Part shown: positions 13,715 to 28,837 of the stretch, one piece after another
Position numbering within the stretch: the stretch's first letter is position 1
Layout of the letters: the number at the start of each line of letters is the position of its first letter
NCBI RefSeq assembly: GCF_002105155.1
Contig: NW_019029022.1
Coordinates: 1-64,000 of the forward strand
DNA: 64,000 nt
Direction of reading: 5' to 3'
DNA from: Lobosporangium transversale
Lineage: Eukaryota
The notes under the pieces: model-generated
The model's database searches: none
The model's input: only the letters and a program-made list of their open reading frames with translations
Told to the model about the DNA's origin: nothing
Translations under genes and position numbers: made by a program

Positions 13715-14889
13715 ATGGCACCCTCACAGTCGCATTCGTATGCCTATAAAGCTGGACACATCTTTTGTGTTCTTTTCAGTATTCTTTCAGGTAAAGACGC
13801 GTAACTTTTTCTTTTTATTATTATTGATTTCAATATTACTTTTACGCGTCTTTGGCATCTGTATGGATTTCTTTGATTAATTCAAAGTGAGCGAATAGAG
13901 AGAAAATAAAATTGGTGGCAAAAAGCGTTTCATGTGAAACGTCTCACCACGTCATTAAATCGATTTTTATTTTTTTATTTTTTTATTTTTATTTTTTATT
14001 TGCACATTAGCCACCACCCTTCTGACTTTGACTACTGGTCAAGGCCCAGAGACACAAGCCCTATGTTCTGCAGAGATGTGTATGACTGCTACTATTTATT
14101 CGAATGACCCTAACACACTTGAGTTCTCACTCTGGTCCAAGGCTCAAGTTGGATGGCTTGGTATCGGCTTTGGAGGGAAGGCCACAGACATGGATGGCAA
14201 CGATCTCGCAGTAAGTTTTTTATTTTTTTTTTATTTTATTTTTTTTTTTTTTTGACTTATTCACTGGTAGAGAAAAAAATGAAGGAAAAAAGATGAACGA
14301 AAGAAAAAAGCTAATGCTTGAATCGTATATCCATGTAAACATATAAAAATACGCCTTATCAATCAAGATGTGTTGGCCTACGACCACTGGACAAGGCGCG
14401 ATCCTCTCACAACGGTTTGCTACTTCCAATGACGATCCGACCGAGATCCCAACTGCAGTCGAGTTCCAAGTCCTCGGAGCCAAATCTGGAGTCATGGCTT
14501 CTAACAGCAGCTTTACTTGTACATTCACAAGACCTTTAGTGACTGCAAAAGGAACAATCCTTCCTGATGCTAAAGAGTTGCATGTGATCTATGCTGTTGG
14601 AAAAAATATTCCTACGGGTGAAGATCCACAGACAGCCAAGATCCAAGAACATTCGTCTACAGGTCATGGTATCCTGGCGATTCAACGAAAAGAAGGTGGT
14701 GGCGGCAACGGAAACGTGACCACAACTTCTGGATCTGGATCACCGGCACAACCGACCAAGACAACTGCACCAGACGGTGATGGATCGAGCAAACCTAGCT
14801 TTGCACAGGCTGGATACGGTGGCGGTTTTTCCCGTGTTTTTACTGCTGTCGCTATCACTGCTGGCTTCTGTCTCCGGTGGTTGTTGTAA
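13715..14889 (+). CDS. Secreted, probably GPI-anchored DOMON-like domain protein, 3 exons
   Basis: Signal peptide, a GWLGIGFG...MDGNDLAMCW motif, FTRPL and a His near the end of the domain. These are followed by an S/T/G stalk and a hydrophobic C-terminus. Exons are 13715-13790, 14011-14210 and 14368-14889. Confidence 0.72.
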
Positions 14890-16241
14890 AAAAAAATCTC
14901 CCATTGGTTTCTTTTCTGATGCGTATGTTTGGATGATATAAAAAGCTCAGTTCCATTATAGTACGAATAATAAAAATTGTTAATTCGAGCTAACACAAAT
15001 GCATTGGGAGTTTGTTAGTACATACATAATCTGACAGATGTCACATGCCTATGATATGCTAGACTACATAAACCAGTAAGATAATGGGGGAGTTTAGATG
15101 CAAGTTTAGTCTACTGCAGGCCATACACATGCGCCATACACATGTTTAAATGTGTGATTCCCTATCAATGCAGTTCAAAGTGACTGTTGTACGCAGATAA
15201 GAAAGCTGTAAAAACGTGACAAGGATGATTTAGGAAAAAATAAACACGCGAGCGTTCTTGATTTGCTTGATTTGGTAAAAACTGGGGAAACAACATGCGT
15301 AGGAAAAAAAAAAACCAGAAAACTCCACACTTTATAACCCCTCAGTTGTCCCTTTTTTTTTCTTGTTTTTTTTTTTCGAGAGTGGTTTTTTTTATGCCTC
15401 CCTTCTTTCTCCCGCTTCTTTAAAGAACATCTAGAAACGAAGATGCTTTGTTTCATGGAGATCGGCGCAATTAAACACAAGTTTAACATTCTCGGATCAA
15501 AAAGAAAAGAAAAAAAAAAAGATTATGCTATCAATGCCAGTGATCCATGGCGGAAAGTGATTTCTTGACTTGGAAATATGATGCCCACACTGACGGCGAG
15601 AAAAAGAAAGAAAGTGTCTTTAATTGTTTTCCCTACTTACAGTCACGAAACAACGTTCAGGTTCGGTGTCCGAGTCCGAGAATCTAAAGGAAGAGAGGTG
15701 CACTTTTTTTTTTTTGGATACACGTTTGTGTACAGCACACGTTCATTCTACATTTTCCTCTCTTCTTTCATGGTTCTCATGTTGCGCGTCATATATACAA
15801 ATAGTCATGACTCGAACAAAAACGAAGTTCTTGTTATAGCAGTCTAGATTTGAACTTTTTTTATTTTCATGTGGTATTCGTGAGTGAAGCAAAAAGATAG
15901 GCTAGGAATATACATGTGTTTCTTTAGTTTGACATTTTTGTCCGAAGAACATTTGAGACCGAAGCCAGAAACTTTTTTTTTTTTTTTTTGAACCAACCGT
16001 ACTGCATGCCTGTAATCTCTCAACTAAACGGCTTATTGTAATCAAAGATAGGACGAATGACACATTGAAATACAGACCAAAGCCTCTTATATTGTTAGAA
16101 ACAATTGAACCCTGAAATACCAGAAAAAAAAAAGAAAAGACGAGATCCGCTTTTGCCCCCTTTATTGTCCTAATGCTTCCGCACGCAAATTGGAGTCATT
16201 TCTTGAAAGCAAAAAGTTTTTTCGAATGATCATTGTTTTTC

Positions 16242-16812
16242 TTTATCCAATACTACAGTAATGTATATATTAAACAGGAGCAGATCAATCATATACATGT
16301 ATATTTTTAAATATACCTCCATGCTTCAATTCAATTGGCTTGTATCCCCCCATGAATGACGATAAGATGCATAGCGCAAAAAGAAAAAAAAGTCCCTTGG
16401 ACCCAGTTGTATCTTGAATGTCATCCCCCCTTTCTCATATGCTTCATCTCTGGCAGCACATATTCATCTTTTAGATTTTTTTATGCGATGTCCTCAGAAG
16501 CTGTTACTACATTTTTATGTCCGGGTCAGAGTGTGTGCACCACCAATGTGTGACAAATATGTAGATGAACACAAGTGGTGCTGAACGTTTACTTTGTAAG
16601 CTCCAAAGGATTTTTTGAGTATTGAGCATGTGTATCTTATCAAGCACAGATTGCTGTAACTTTAATAGACTCCCACATGGCAATACAAACCAATGATACT
16701 AGTCATCATGTATCAACTCGGTCTGATCCAACATTGTTTAGTCCAACTCCTACCCCTTCCTTGGTCGTCCTTCTCCTTCCGATAAGCTCAGCATTGTGGC
16801 CTTTATATAAAA
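16242..16812 (+). promoter_or_regulatory. AMT promoter: GATA elements and TATA box
   Basis: GATAAG at 16361 and 16781, CTTATC at 16636, TTTATC at 16242 and TATATAAAA at 16804, followed by a CT-rich tract. Confidence 0.45.
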
Positions 16813-17266
16813 AGGGCTGTTATCTTTCCTTGTGTTTCTTTTTCTTCCTAACACTCTCCACTTTATTTTCTTTCTTTTTTTCTCTATCTTTTCACGTTTC
16901 ATCCTTTTTCTTGCCAATTAGTTGCTACAATTACATTTTTAATCATTTCACTTGATCCTTATTCATAGATCCTTATTATTTTTACATTTCATTCCCTACA
17001 CCATACTAATTTTGTCCACTGATACAGATACTGATCAGGTTCAGATACAAAACGCAGAAGGAAAAACAAAAACAAAAACAAAGCGCACACATTTCCAATT
17101 CCACACACAGCAAAGACATACTTTGTTTAGTTCTTTCAAACGCTCAGTCTGACGCTCAGCCATCTTTTGCTTAGCCTCAACTGTCGTTTCGACACTTCCC
17201 CCCCCCCCCCCCCCACCCCTCTTTTACTCAAACAAATAAATATTATTTGAGCTCCACCTTCAAGCG

Positions 17267-19019
17267 ATGGATCCCTTGGCACAACCCACAGAATATAAAC
17301 CCGGCGATATTGCCTGGGTACTGACGTCAACCGCACTGGTGTTCCTGATGTGCCCTGGCCTGGGGCTCTTCTACGCAGGCATGGCCCGTATGAAGCACTC
17401 TCTCTCACTCATGATGTTGTCCGTTTTGGCTGTGGCTATGATTTCGATCCAATGGTACTTTTGGGGATATTCCTTGACGTTTTCTACGACTGGTGGACCA
17501 TTCATTGGGAACCTGGATCACATTGTGGGCCGAGGTATCGGCTGGGAACCTCATCCAAGTGCACCGAATGTTCCTGGATCAGCCTTCTTTTTGTTCCAAT
17601 TGATGTTTGCAGCTATTACTCCAGCATTGGCTTATGGAGCCACAGCAGAGCGAATGAGGATCATGCCCAGTATTTTGTTCTTGTTTGTTTGGAGCACCTT
17701 GGTCTATGATGTGATCACATACTGGGTTTGGGGCCCCAATGGCTGGTTGACTGTGATGGGCGTGATGGATTATGCAGGAGGTACGCCCGTCCACATTAGC
17801 TCTGGATCTGCAGCAGTTGCATATGCGATGGTATTGGGCAAGCGTAAGGATTATAACCACCCTTCAACAGTCCCTCACAACGTAGCATTCGTGTTCATTG
17901 GTACAGCTTTGCTTTGGTTCGGATGGTTTGGTTTCAATGGCGGGAGTGCTTTGGCTGCAAATGCACGAGGTGTCCAGACCATCATCAACTCTCACTTGAG
18001 CGCCTGTGTTGGAGGTCTGGTTTGGGTCATGTTGGATTACCGCCACAACAAGAAGTTGACTCTCATCGGATTCTGTACTGGAGCAGTCGCTGGCTTGGCT
18101 ACAATCACGCCTGGATCCGGATTTGTCTCGAGCTCAAGCTCATTGGTCTTTGGGTTGGTCGGTGCTGCTGTCTGCAACGTCTGCGTTAGCTGGAAGTCCA
18201 AGTACCTTTTTGATGATGCCCTGGATGTCTTTGCAGTCCATTATGTCGGAGGTTTGATGTAAGTCTTGTTTATCTTTTTTTCCTTTTTTGTGTGTATATA
18301 CGCGCCTTTTGCTTTTACAGAACTATCTAACAATGCCATCTACTTTTTAAACCCTTAGTGGGCTGATCTTGACTGGAGTCTTTGCTCAGCAGTCTATTAT
18401 TGGTCTCGGTTACCCCGTTGGAGCCACAAATATCCCTTTGGGAGGATGGTTGGATGGTAACCCAAAGCAGATTTTGGTCCAGCTTGCGGCGATTGTTTCT
18501 GTCACGGGTTGGTCCTTCGTTGTCACCTATGGTATTCTTTATATCATGAACAAGATCCCAGGCATGCGTCTTCGTTTGGAGGATCATGAAGAAGAAATGG
18601 GCACTGATATGGCTCAGATGGGAGAGACTGCTTATGGATTCTTGCCAATGTTTCACAACCATAATCACGGCACGAACCGCGACGAAGAATCCGGATTAGG
18701 GTCGATGGACCATCATATGAAAGGCGAAGAGATGAACAGCGACACCGATATCAGTGAGCACAGCAATCAAAAAGGCGTCATTAAAAGCGTCAAAGTGGTA
18801 CCGAAGAAAGGTGGTAGCAGTACTCATGGAGGCAGTACTCCAAGCGGCACAGCGGATAGATCGGCCGTGTCATTGAATTTAGATTTACATGTACCTCGAT
18901 CCGATGAAGATCATGACCATCCTAAACGGCTACCAATCTTGACAGAACATGGCGTTAAAAGACCAGTTCGGTTAGCGCATGCACCTCGGCATGATTACAC
19001 CGAGGATGATAGCGAATAA
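17267..19019 (+). CDS. MEP: Ammonium transporter (AMT/MEP), 2 exons
   Basis: Motifs FQLMFAAITPAL, DYAGGTPVH, LWFGWFGFNGGS and DDALDVFAVH are present. The intron is at 18259-18358. Confidence 0.95.
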
Positions 19020-20754
19020 CAATTGGAAGTGTAGTGTCCTTTAACCATGACTTGAACTAAGAATAAGCTCTTTTTTTTTTAGTTTGTCCAATTAATGGTC
19101 TTTTCTCCTTTTCCTTCTCATCTAACTTTGTAAATTATACCTCCATTCCCCCTCCCAAAGAAATATATAGAAAAAATAATAAAAAGATCAATAATGTATA
19201 GAACCAACCAACATTGCTTGAAATCTATGACGCTTTATGCGCGATTCTCAAAGACGATGTCACGCTAGACATGCATGCAGTTTACAATTTTTAGCTAGAA
19301 TTTATCTTGACAAAAAAAAAAATGGAACATGAATGCATGGGTGCCTAATGATATAATAATAATATTAATGACACTCCTGATACCATTCTCTTATACACGT
19401 ATAAATAAAAGGAGATGTATATGTATGTTATATAATGAAGAACTGGTTGTAAAAAAAAAAAAAAAGGCTGTATGGCCATATAGATAGCTTCCTTTCTCTT
19501 CTCTGCAAGCCTAGACTTTGCTTTTTTTTTTTTTTATTGCTCCACATTCACAGACTTGTTTAGTGTTTAATGTTTAGCCCGTTTTGTCTCGCCTTCGTAG
19601 CATGCATTTAATAGAATAAGCGGAAAATAAAGTTTGCTCAACAGCTTTTCCCTTTGGCCCTTGCTCTCCAAAAAAGGGACAAACAAAGGTCTTTCTTTCC
19701 TCTCCAAACAAACTCAACTCAATCCTTGGTCTCAGCTTATTATATTTATCAATGTACAAACGAGAATACATTTTTATCGAGAATATGCCATGCAAAGGAA
19801 TGGCGTACTGCTGTAAACACATTTGGGCGCTCAGGCAATTATGTATAGTAATGAATAAACGTGCGTCATTTGTGCCATGTAACAGTGCAGCCATGCAGCT
19901 TTGATCACAGAATTTGATCTTGATTTTAAACAGTTTACTATGAACGTCGTGGGCGGATCGATCTTTTATACTCCAGTTTTTTCATCATGATTCCTTGCTC
20001 ATTTAACCCTTCACACTCACAGTAACGCCCATTAACATGGTCAGTCCAGCCAGGTAGCTCTTATGTTGTATCCAATAGCTCTTGAAGACATCGCCAGTCA
20101 TATCTAAACAAAAAAAATGGACGAATAAGAAAAGAGCTGGTATACAACTGTTTTGTCAATGAGACTGGGTTGAGTTTGCTGAGCACATTAGTGAGTATAG
20201 GGGTGCTTACTGGGCCCTTCACTTGCTTCTACCTCTTTCTCCTCCTTCCTCTTCTCCTTGACCTGGACTAACATCTCAGGTGCACATGTTCCTCCCTGCT
20301 TCTCCTGCGGAGACTCTTTTTTTTTTTTTTTGTTTTTTTGGCGATCGGTCAGGTTGGTCATTCTTTGTCAGCCGGCAAGAATGATGAGAAAGTAAAGAAA
20401 GTGGGTACATGTGTTCCACATGGCTAAAATAAAAATTGGCGGGAATAAAATAGGACGAATAACATTCATACGATTGAGTTCCGAGATTTGCGTATAAGAG
20501 AGGAGTTGATATTGGTCCAAAGTTTTTTTTTAGGTGATTTGATTCTTACCTCAATAGATTTTACAGTAATTATATACAATAAACTGCCCTGATGTGTAAA
20601 ATAAGGGTATATTTTACTTGTCCATTCCTTTGTTCATGCATGCATTGTATCGACATTCCTGCGGTGTGATGTTATGGGTAGAGCAAACACATGTTCTTTG
20701 TCCTAAACCTCTTTTCCTTCTCATGTCCCGACAGAAACATGGCTTACCTACGCA

Positions 20755-20785
<31 letters not shown>

Positions 20786-21293
20786 CTATTTTTTTTTTTT
20801 ATATATTTATTTTTCAATGTTTCTCATTTGCTTTTTTTTTTCTTAGTTTGTCTCACATTTCTTTCTATTTCATTCCTGACTCGCCTTGTTCTTTCTCTTA
20901 TTACTCTTCCTTTTTTTGGACATCACTCATTAACTCTCCCATTGGATCTTCCCCTTTTTGTATTCTTTCTTAGTTTTCCCGTGTTCATCCATTCACTCGA
21001 TTTGATCCCTTGTTCTTCCCCCCTTCTTCCATTCAGTGGATTATCATTCTTCTTCCTTCTTTCTCTCCTTCTCTCAATTGCACATATACGCCTTATAACA
21101 TACTTGTACCGACAGATTCACTCACTCCTGTCTTTCAATACCACTTCCACATTCCGATCTGACTTCTGTATTCTAACATCAACGGCACGATAGAAACAAA
21201 GGATAACGATACCGTCCTTTGATCGAGGACCTAACAACAACAGCAATAATTATAATAAACATAATAATTCGACTGCTTCATCGTTATACCTAA

Positions 21294-24200
21294 ATGACCT
21301 ATCAGAGCCAATCATACCTTCAGAAGCAGCAACAACAGCTGCAGCATGAGAAGTTACAACAGCACTACCTACAGCAACAGTTGCAACAGTCCACAATAAC
21401 TACCCCTTCCTCAACCACACCACTCTCCACATCTAGCTCCATTCCATTCTCCAGTAGATTCGATACCCTCCCCTTACAGACTACCAATTCCTCGTCAGTA
21501 TCAACTTTTTTAGACTCCGATACATTGTATTCTCATTATTCTAATAACAATGACAATGGCAGTGGCAGTGGCAGTGGCAATGGCAACAACAGTATTTGGG
21601 GTGGATCTAACATAAGCAATAATTATAAAGACAGTAATAGCACTGGCAATAGCAATAGCAGTAGCAGTAGCAGACTACCCTTTATGAAGAACCACAACAA
21701 TCACAACCACAAGTACTCCCATCATCATCATCATCATCATCATCATCACAGCAACAATAGTGGTAATGGGCACAGCAGTATGCCTAGTTTCAAACTTCAC
21801 AGCAAACATGGTAGCCAGGGTAAAGACGATTTGCAGGTCCAACAACTCCAGCAGCAAAAGAATAAAAGCTTTGACAGGCCATCAATTCAACAAACAATCT
21901 CCTCGATTCCTTCGATGCTCCAACAAGACAATGGTTCCCTCATGAACCAAGACAATGTCCTTGGAGAGCACGTTATGCTACAAGACTGGTTACAGAAGAG
22001 GTCAAACTCATTACAATTGGTTTGGAAGAGACGATGGTGTGTGTTACGTGATGACCAGTTGTTTTATTATCGATCCAATGTAAGTTTTTTTATTTTTTTA
22101 TTTTTTTTTATAAATCGATGGCTATGACCAACACCAACATGCATGGGAAAAAAAAAAAAAAAAAAAAAACATGCAAAATTATGCATTGGGCGAATGGGCA
22201 CATGGCGCACAACACAAATTAAACCAATCTGTGTTCTGCTTTCATTGAGTTTTAATCTTGGAATCGGGATTATAAATGTGTTTATTATTGGTTATTACCA
22301 CAGCACCAAATCCTCCATGAACGTATAGGGAAAAAGAGAAGGAGAATGTGCGTTTTTTTTTTTTTTTTTTTTTCTTTTTGAAACCGAAAGAGCAGTTGCC
22401 ACGCCGATCATACATGCTCGTTGAACCTCCGCATGATATCATGGGAACAAGACAAAGAGAGTGTTGATCTCAGACGAAGGGTGTTTCACTTTGGACCATC
22501 ACTCTTCTGACTGGCCAAGAGGGGGAAGGGTTTGGTTGTATCTTTTTTAATGCTTGCATAGCTGCTCCTTTACAACAATTTACGTTGATGTGCCCTCTAT
22601 TTCATTTCTATCACAGGAAAGAGAGTGAAAAAAATAAAAATAAAAAAAAGCTGAGTATGATCTTTGTTTATGTCTTCTAGACGGATTCCAAACCGATAGG
22701 GATAATACATCTGGCAGTGTACTCGACCCTGACTTCAGGTCCTGACATCTCCCGCAAGTCCAAATACGCATTTCGACTCTCAACTCCAGAACCTATCCCA
22801 CACCAGCCTCAGAGTCATGTCTTTTACACAGAATCAGCTCAGTCGCTTGAGAACTGGACCTATGCGCTCCAAGCACACATTGACCACGCTTTGGCCGCAT
22901 GGGAATCTATAGCTGCTGCTTCTGAAGAATTAAGACTGCAGCTACGTCAAGGTTTTGATATTAGTAGTGGTGGCCTGCTACCAAATAGATCATCAGAAAT
23001 GGAGACAGAACAAAATATCATCGATAAGGTCCTGGACCGATTGCAGCTGGAGGATTCTGCTAACACAGGCACCCCAAGTACTTCTAGTACTTCCAACACT
23101 GATAGCAATATAGCAACACCAACAGCAACAGTTGAGCAGTCAGATGGTTTGAATAATGGTTCTACCACACCCATTAACACCATGCCACCGTCTCAACAAC
23201 AGTCCTCAAGGACTTCATATTCCAATCCCCCACACCTATCTAGTTTCCCTCAATCGAATGAGAGCAACGACACATGGTCCTCGACTTCCTCCATCCCCAA
23301 TAGCAGTGCCAACACAAGCTCAAATCTGGAGTATGTATCTACATCGAATCAACATCACTCAAACAACCATCAACTGGGCAGGACAAGTTTAGATTCACTA
23401 CAACAACACCAACAGCAGCAGAGCCCTTGCCTCCAACAAAGCCCAAAAGGAACTAAAGCTAGTAGCGTCAAATCGTTTAGTCGACAGTCGGATCATACAA
23501 GAAGTTGCAGCAGCAGTAGTAGCGCGGGATGCACACCCGAGCTCAACTTTGGTGACTTGTCAGAGATGAACCGATCATCGTTGGATTACCAAGGGCAGGG
23601 ACGAACAAGTTTATCACAGACTCGCACAGGTCATCATTCTGCATCCTCATCCTTGAGCAGTCTTATTAACCAGCACCTACAGAGTCCACGAGTGTATCCT
23701 GTCCGGTCAAGCATCCATTCTAGCGTCTCTATAGACAACAGTACGTCTTTTTCTCAAACTATCTACCTCTGTCTCTCTATCTGTCTATATCTTGTTAATT
23801 CTAAATGTTCGCTAACATTGGTATTCTATGTCACAATTATTATATAGGCGCACCTTCTGCAGTGGTCAGTGCAGCCGGTTCCCCTTATGCCTCACCAATT
23901 CTGACATTTCAGCCCTATAACATATTCAGTGGCAGCAACCATAGTGCTCCCTCTCCTAGACCGTTCTACAAACTTCTCGGGAATAGTTCTCCTTCGAAGG
24001 GGTCTGAAAGTTTTGAATCATCTACTTCTATTTCCACCATTGGCTCAGCGCTGGATATATCGCCAACTGATGACCCGACGTTGGAGAGCGAGCTCAACAC
24101 AACAACTGCGGCTGACCCTGTTCAAGGGGATAGGTCCATAAATAACACCAGTAAGCCTGGTGCAAAATTTTTAGAGTTAGTGAATGGAGGTAGGCGCCGA

Positions 24201-27200
24201 AAGGACAAGGAGAGGGAAAAGAAGAAGGATCGAAAGGCGTACAGCGGAAGTGGCGGCAACAGAAGCAGTCCAGCTCTCAAATTATTCGGTTCGGGATTGT
24301 GTATGTTCAGTGGATGTACACAGCCGGCGAAGACATGTCCATTTCACAATAAAAAGTATCGTTTGGATCAAGTTAAAAAACCCAATGATCAGGATAAGGA
24401 AATGGAAAAGCGAAAAAGTAAGGACAAGGAAAGGGATAATGGCCCGGAACAAGATTTTGAAGCGAACAGTAGATCAATCAGAGCTCCTAAAAAGTTCTGG
24501 AATGGATCAGACAAGAGCTCTAGCTATGGAAATGTCCCTGCTTTCAGAGGCCCATTGTTCAGTGGCGATGCACTGTCCCCACCTTCTCGACCAGGAAGTC
24601 GAGGACTCTCTTCCAAGTCCATGACTTCCTTGTCAAGAGATGCAGAGCTTGACTTGGATGTCAACCTGGCATCAATCCCGCCCAACCGTCTCCCCATACT
24701 TCTCTCACTTCACGATAGGAAAAGATCCCCATCGGTGTCGGTTGTAGATGACGCTTTAGCAGCTACACAGCAGCAACAACAGCAACAGCAACAGCAACAG
24801 CAGAGACAGGCACGTAATTCTGAACCAAATGTAGAACCATCAGCTATTATCAAAACCACTCAAACACAAACACCACTTACATCTACCGCAGATTCTTCCC
24901 AGCCGCTTGCTCCACCTCTACTGCGCGCCACTTCTGCAGCTTCGAGCCATCATTCTCAAGGCAAGGACTCTTTGAGCCTAAGCCATAAGATGGGTTTACA
25001 AATTGGAGGTGATTTTGGAGCGCTGGATAAGAATGGATCGGCGGGAGCAACCCTTGATGGCAATTTTTTTGTAGCCAATCATCATCGTACTATGCAGAAG
25101 TTACAGGCTATGCAACCCCCCCGGAAGGCTCTACCTCCTCCTTCTTCTTCAGGAAAAGCTCCGCCTCAGTCTCAGCAGCCTCATTCACCGCCACAATTAT
25201 ATGCTAGCTCTGAAAAACAGAGACAGCAAGATGCTCTACAAAGCATGTATATTGGAGGCATTTCCCGTCATATCATTGCGCCTAATGAGCTTACACAAGC
25301 GATTGAACAAGAAGCAGAGGAGTTGCGACGAAAACAAGCCCAAGAAAAGGAGGCCCAAAAGAATCGCCCTACGTCTATAATCAAGAAACCAAATCAGCTC
25401 TCACCATTGCATCTAGCTCTCTCAACCGTATCAGAATCAGAATCTACAGATGCAGGATCATGCACGACCTCGACTGCGGATACTAGCCAGGTCACATCAC
25501 CTATAGAAGAAGGACAGAGCAGAGAAGCTGAAGAGGGTGAGCGCATTATCAGTTGTCAGGAGCAGCTGGCCTGCGGTGCCACATCACCTTCGGAGATCTC
25601 ATCGATTTTGCAGTCTCAGCAGAGCCCTATCTCGGCGGTTATCCCGGCTCCACCTTCATATTCACTTGGAAAACCTCTATCAGATTCGGTTACTGTGGAG
25701 CAGTTTCATCGTGACTCTAGTGCAACTAGTGCTGGAAGCGATACTAGCAGCAATGTGACTAATACGACCAGAGGTCCATATTCGAACTCAAATTCAATAA
25801 CCTCATCGCCTTCATGGGCCAGAAATCAGTTCTTAGGGGCTCCCAGCTCGTTCTCTCAACCATATTATCAGCAGCAGCAGCAATCAAAGCACACTGCATC
25901 ATCGCCAACACTCTTTTCTATGGATAGTTTTTTGACCACCTCCTTGCCACCACCCAAGCGCCACGGAAACAAGCATTCACAAAGATTTCATGGACTTAAT
26001 GCCAATTCGAATGGGCGATTCAACTCACAGCGATCAAAACTTCCAAGGCGTAGCTCGGCCTCTGCAGCTATTACGATTTCACCATCATTGTCTCCAGCAA
26101 AAGAGGATGAATCAGCTAATCCTTTCGATGTTGCTACCACTACTGCTTTTACTCCAGCTATGGTAACGAGACCAAGCTATCTTGCAAGGAGGCAATCATC
26201 ATCGCCTGTATTGATCCGGTTGAATGTACAAGGAGGTCAAAACACTATTTCACCTTTGATTGACAGTGGCGCCACGCCAACGTTTACGGGAGACCAGCCT
26301 TCGAATGATGTCAGTCGTCCAGGCTTATCCCCTCTTGCCTCACCCTCAGGATCCTCCTTTTCAACGTCAACAGTCTCTTCGTTGTGCTCGTTTGTGGCTT
26401 CGCGCCGCGACAGCTATCCTCATGGAGCTGAGGATGTACATCTACTCTCGGTCCCAAACACCCCTCTGGTGTCTCCGTCGTCGGAGGTACCTCGTTATAC
26501 GCCTCGGAACATGACATTTAAATCTATCTCATCGCCTTTGGCCGCTTCCACTCCTGTTGATGGTACACCGTTACATTCTCCCATAGAATCCACAGTCACT
26601 GCTGGTGTCCTCCAAGCGGAATTCCTTGCTACAGCTGCCACTGCCGATATCGCTATGAATGCCCAACAAGGCCTGCAACACGAGCAAAAAGTTAGTGAAG
26701 TCCCATCTGTGGTAGTAAATAGCCCACAAGGCGTTGTTAAGATCAAGAACATGGGCCCTAAAAGACCCATACTACAATCTACACAGTCGTTTGTTTTTCC
26801 AGCGCCCTCCACAAAGGCGAATGGTATTGAATCAAAGACTCATGAAGGAACTGATGCACATTCTAAGCGCAGGTCATCGGTTTGTTCCTGTGTAGATGGT
26901 GACAACCACTCGTATAGTGCTTCCTCATCTGATGCGTCCTCATTTACGCACAGCGATGATGATGATGAAGAAGAAGAAGGCCAGGATGATAATAACCAAC
27001 CACAGTACCATCACCGCCACCATCATGGATCTTACCATCCTTATCGTCGTAGATTGAGCGGACAACAGCATGGCGTTTCTGAACGTATGCTCTCTGGATC
27101 GCCACCTGTCATGAATTCTGCATTGCATGCTGTAGCGGCATTAGATCTTTATCCTGGTTTGCGCAAGCTTTCACTCTTTACGGCTGCATTAGGAGATCAT

Positions 27201-27947
27201 CCGCCGCCTCCCTTGATCAGCTCGCGTAAAGGAAGTGCGGGATCTGCAATGACAATAAGCACAGAAGATGAAGATGCTGAAAGCGTAACAGACCTTCATC
27301 ATGATGAGGATTGGGCAGGTAATTTGAAGAGTATTCGAAAGTTAAGGGAGCCTTCATCTTCTATCAGTGCTGGTGCTGGCGCTTCAAGCGGATCTTCCGC
27401 TGCTGCATTTTTGTATCACCGCCGGACCAGCCTTCCAGGAACACCTTCGCCATTGCAGTTCCAATCTAAGATGGATGACGCTGTGGATGTATCAATAGCA
27501 GCAGCACCACCAGTGCCTCCAATGCCATCAATGTCGACAACGGTACGGGCACCTCAGATCCAAATGGATACGGTGCAAACGGTAACACAAACACAGGCAC
27601 AAGCACAAAACCAACTAGGGCTGACATCGACACCGTTGGCATCGTTACCGCCGTTGCCACCATCAGAGCCATCCACCCCAGTTTCGCCAGTGTTTGCTCA
27701 ACAAACACCTCCACTATCGACATCAACAACATCTTTATCCTCACTAGGATTAGGACTTGGACTCGGACTCGAATCTTCGCCTTTACCGGCGTCTTCATCC
27801 ACGAATAAATCGTCTGGTGCAGATGGAAGTACACCGCCCGTCATTCCTCGAAGATCTCCCTATAGAAGCGCACCTACATCGCCGACAACATTGAGATCGC
27901 CGCGTTCTCACCAGCAACTCTCTACGATCGCTCGAGATCTCATGTAG
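21294..27947 (+). CDS. Large, mostly disordered PH-domain protein (~2000 aa), 3 exons
   Basis: The PH signature (WLQKRSNSLQLVWKRRWCVL...FYTESAQSLENW) is split by intron 22080-22680. The second intron is 23741-23847. The remainder is S/Q/P-rich. Confidence 0.8.
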
Positions 27948-28385
27948 CTAAAGCTTTTTTTTATTAGTTATATATTGCATTTATCTTTTTTTTTTTTTTT
28001 TTTTTTTTTGTAATATTAGACATATAAAAAATAAAAGCACTGATCAAATGCATTGAATCACAAAAGAAAGGGAAAAAAAATTATGTAGGTTTGATTTTAG
28101 TTTTATCATTTTTATCAGTAATTTTGAAGATAGATGAAAAATAAAACAACAATTTTGTCAGGATTCTATCGTTAGGATGAGAGTTAATGATGAAAAGTGT
28201 TAAAGAGGATTTTCCTCATACACGAAGATGCGGAAAAAGAACGCTTTAAAAATAGATGGTAAGAGAAAGTGCTATTGGGTATAAAAGGGACCGACACAAG
28301 TTGGCAAGAAGGAAACAGCATCTTCCAAGTCAATTCAGCTTCAAAGATATACTTTTTTTTATAATTTTATTATCATTATTCCATA

Positions 28386-28837
28386 ATGCCTTGTCTTCTA
28401 AAGTCTTCCCTTGTTACTTTGGCTGCTGCTGCTGCAATTGCCTCAATGTTCGTGGTTCAAATTGTGCAGGCGACCCCTATTAAGGACATGAGCATGGACA
28501 TCAAGAGATGTTACCCTGATTACCCTGATGACGGCAATTGTGTAAGCGGCGACGCGACGCATGTGCCTGTCCCGCCGATCAAAGTGGCTGCCATAACAGA
28601 TTTTTTGCCCATCAACAATGTCCAGCCAGTTGTGAACGTGCTGCCGACGGATGTGAACGATTATTCTGATTACTATGATCCTTGCTACTGTGGCGGCCAA
28701 TATGACCCTTATGACTATTCGTACAACAGCAATAGCTACTATGATCCTTATGACTCTTATGACTCTTATGGTCCCTATGATCCTTACAGTCCTTACGGTT
28801 CTTACGGTCCTTACGATAATGATTTGGGTCCTGGTGG

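Noticed and set aside
17020..17050. Minus-strand gaacctgatc, TPP-riboswitch-like
   Set aside because: It is antisense to AMT, embedded in gatac(a) repeats, and lacks the other aptamer elements.
20618..21193. 191-aa F/L-rich ORF, and the many similar poly-F/poly-K ORFs in the track
   Set aside because: These are translations of CT-rich leaders and A/T homopolymers, not protein-like sequence.
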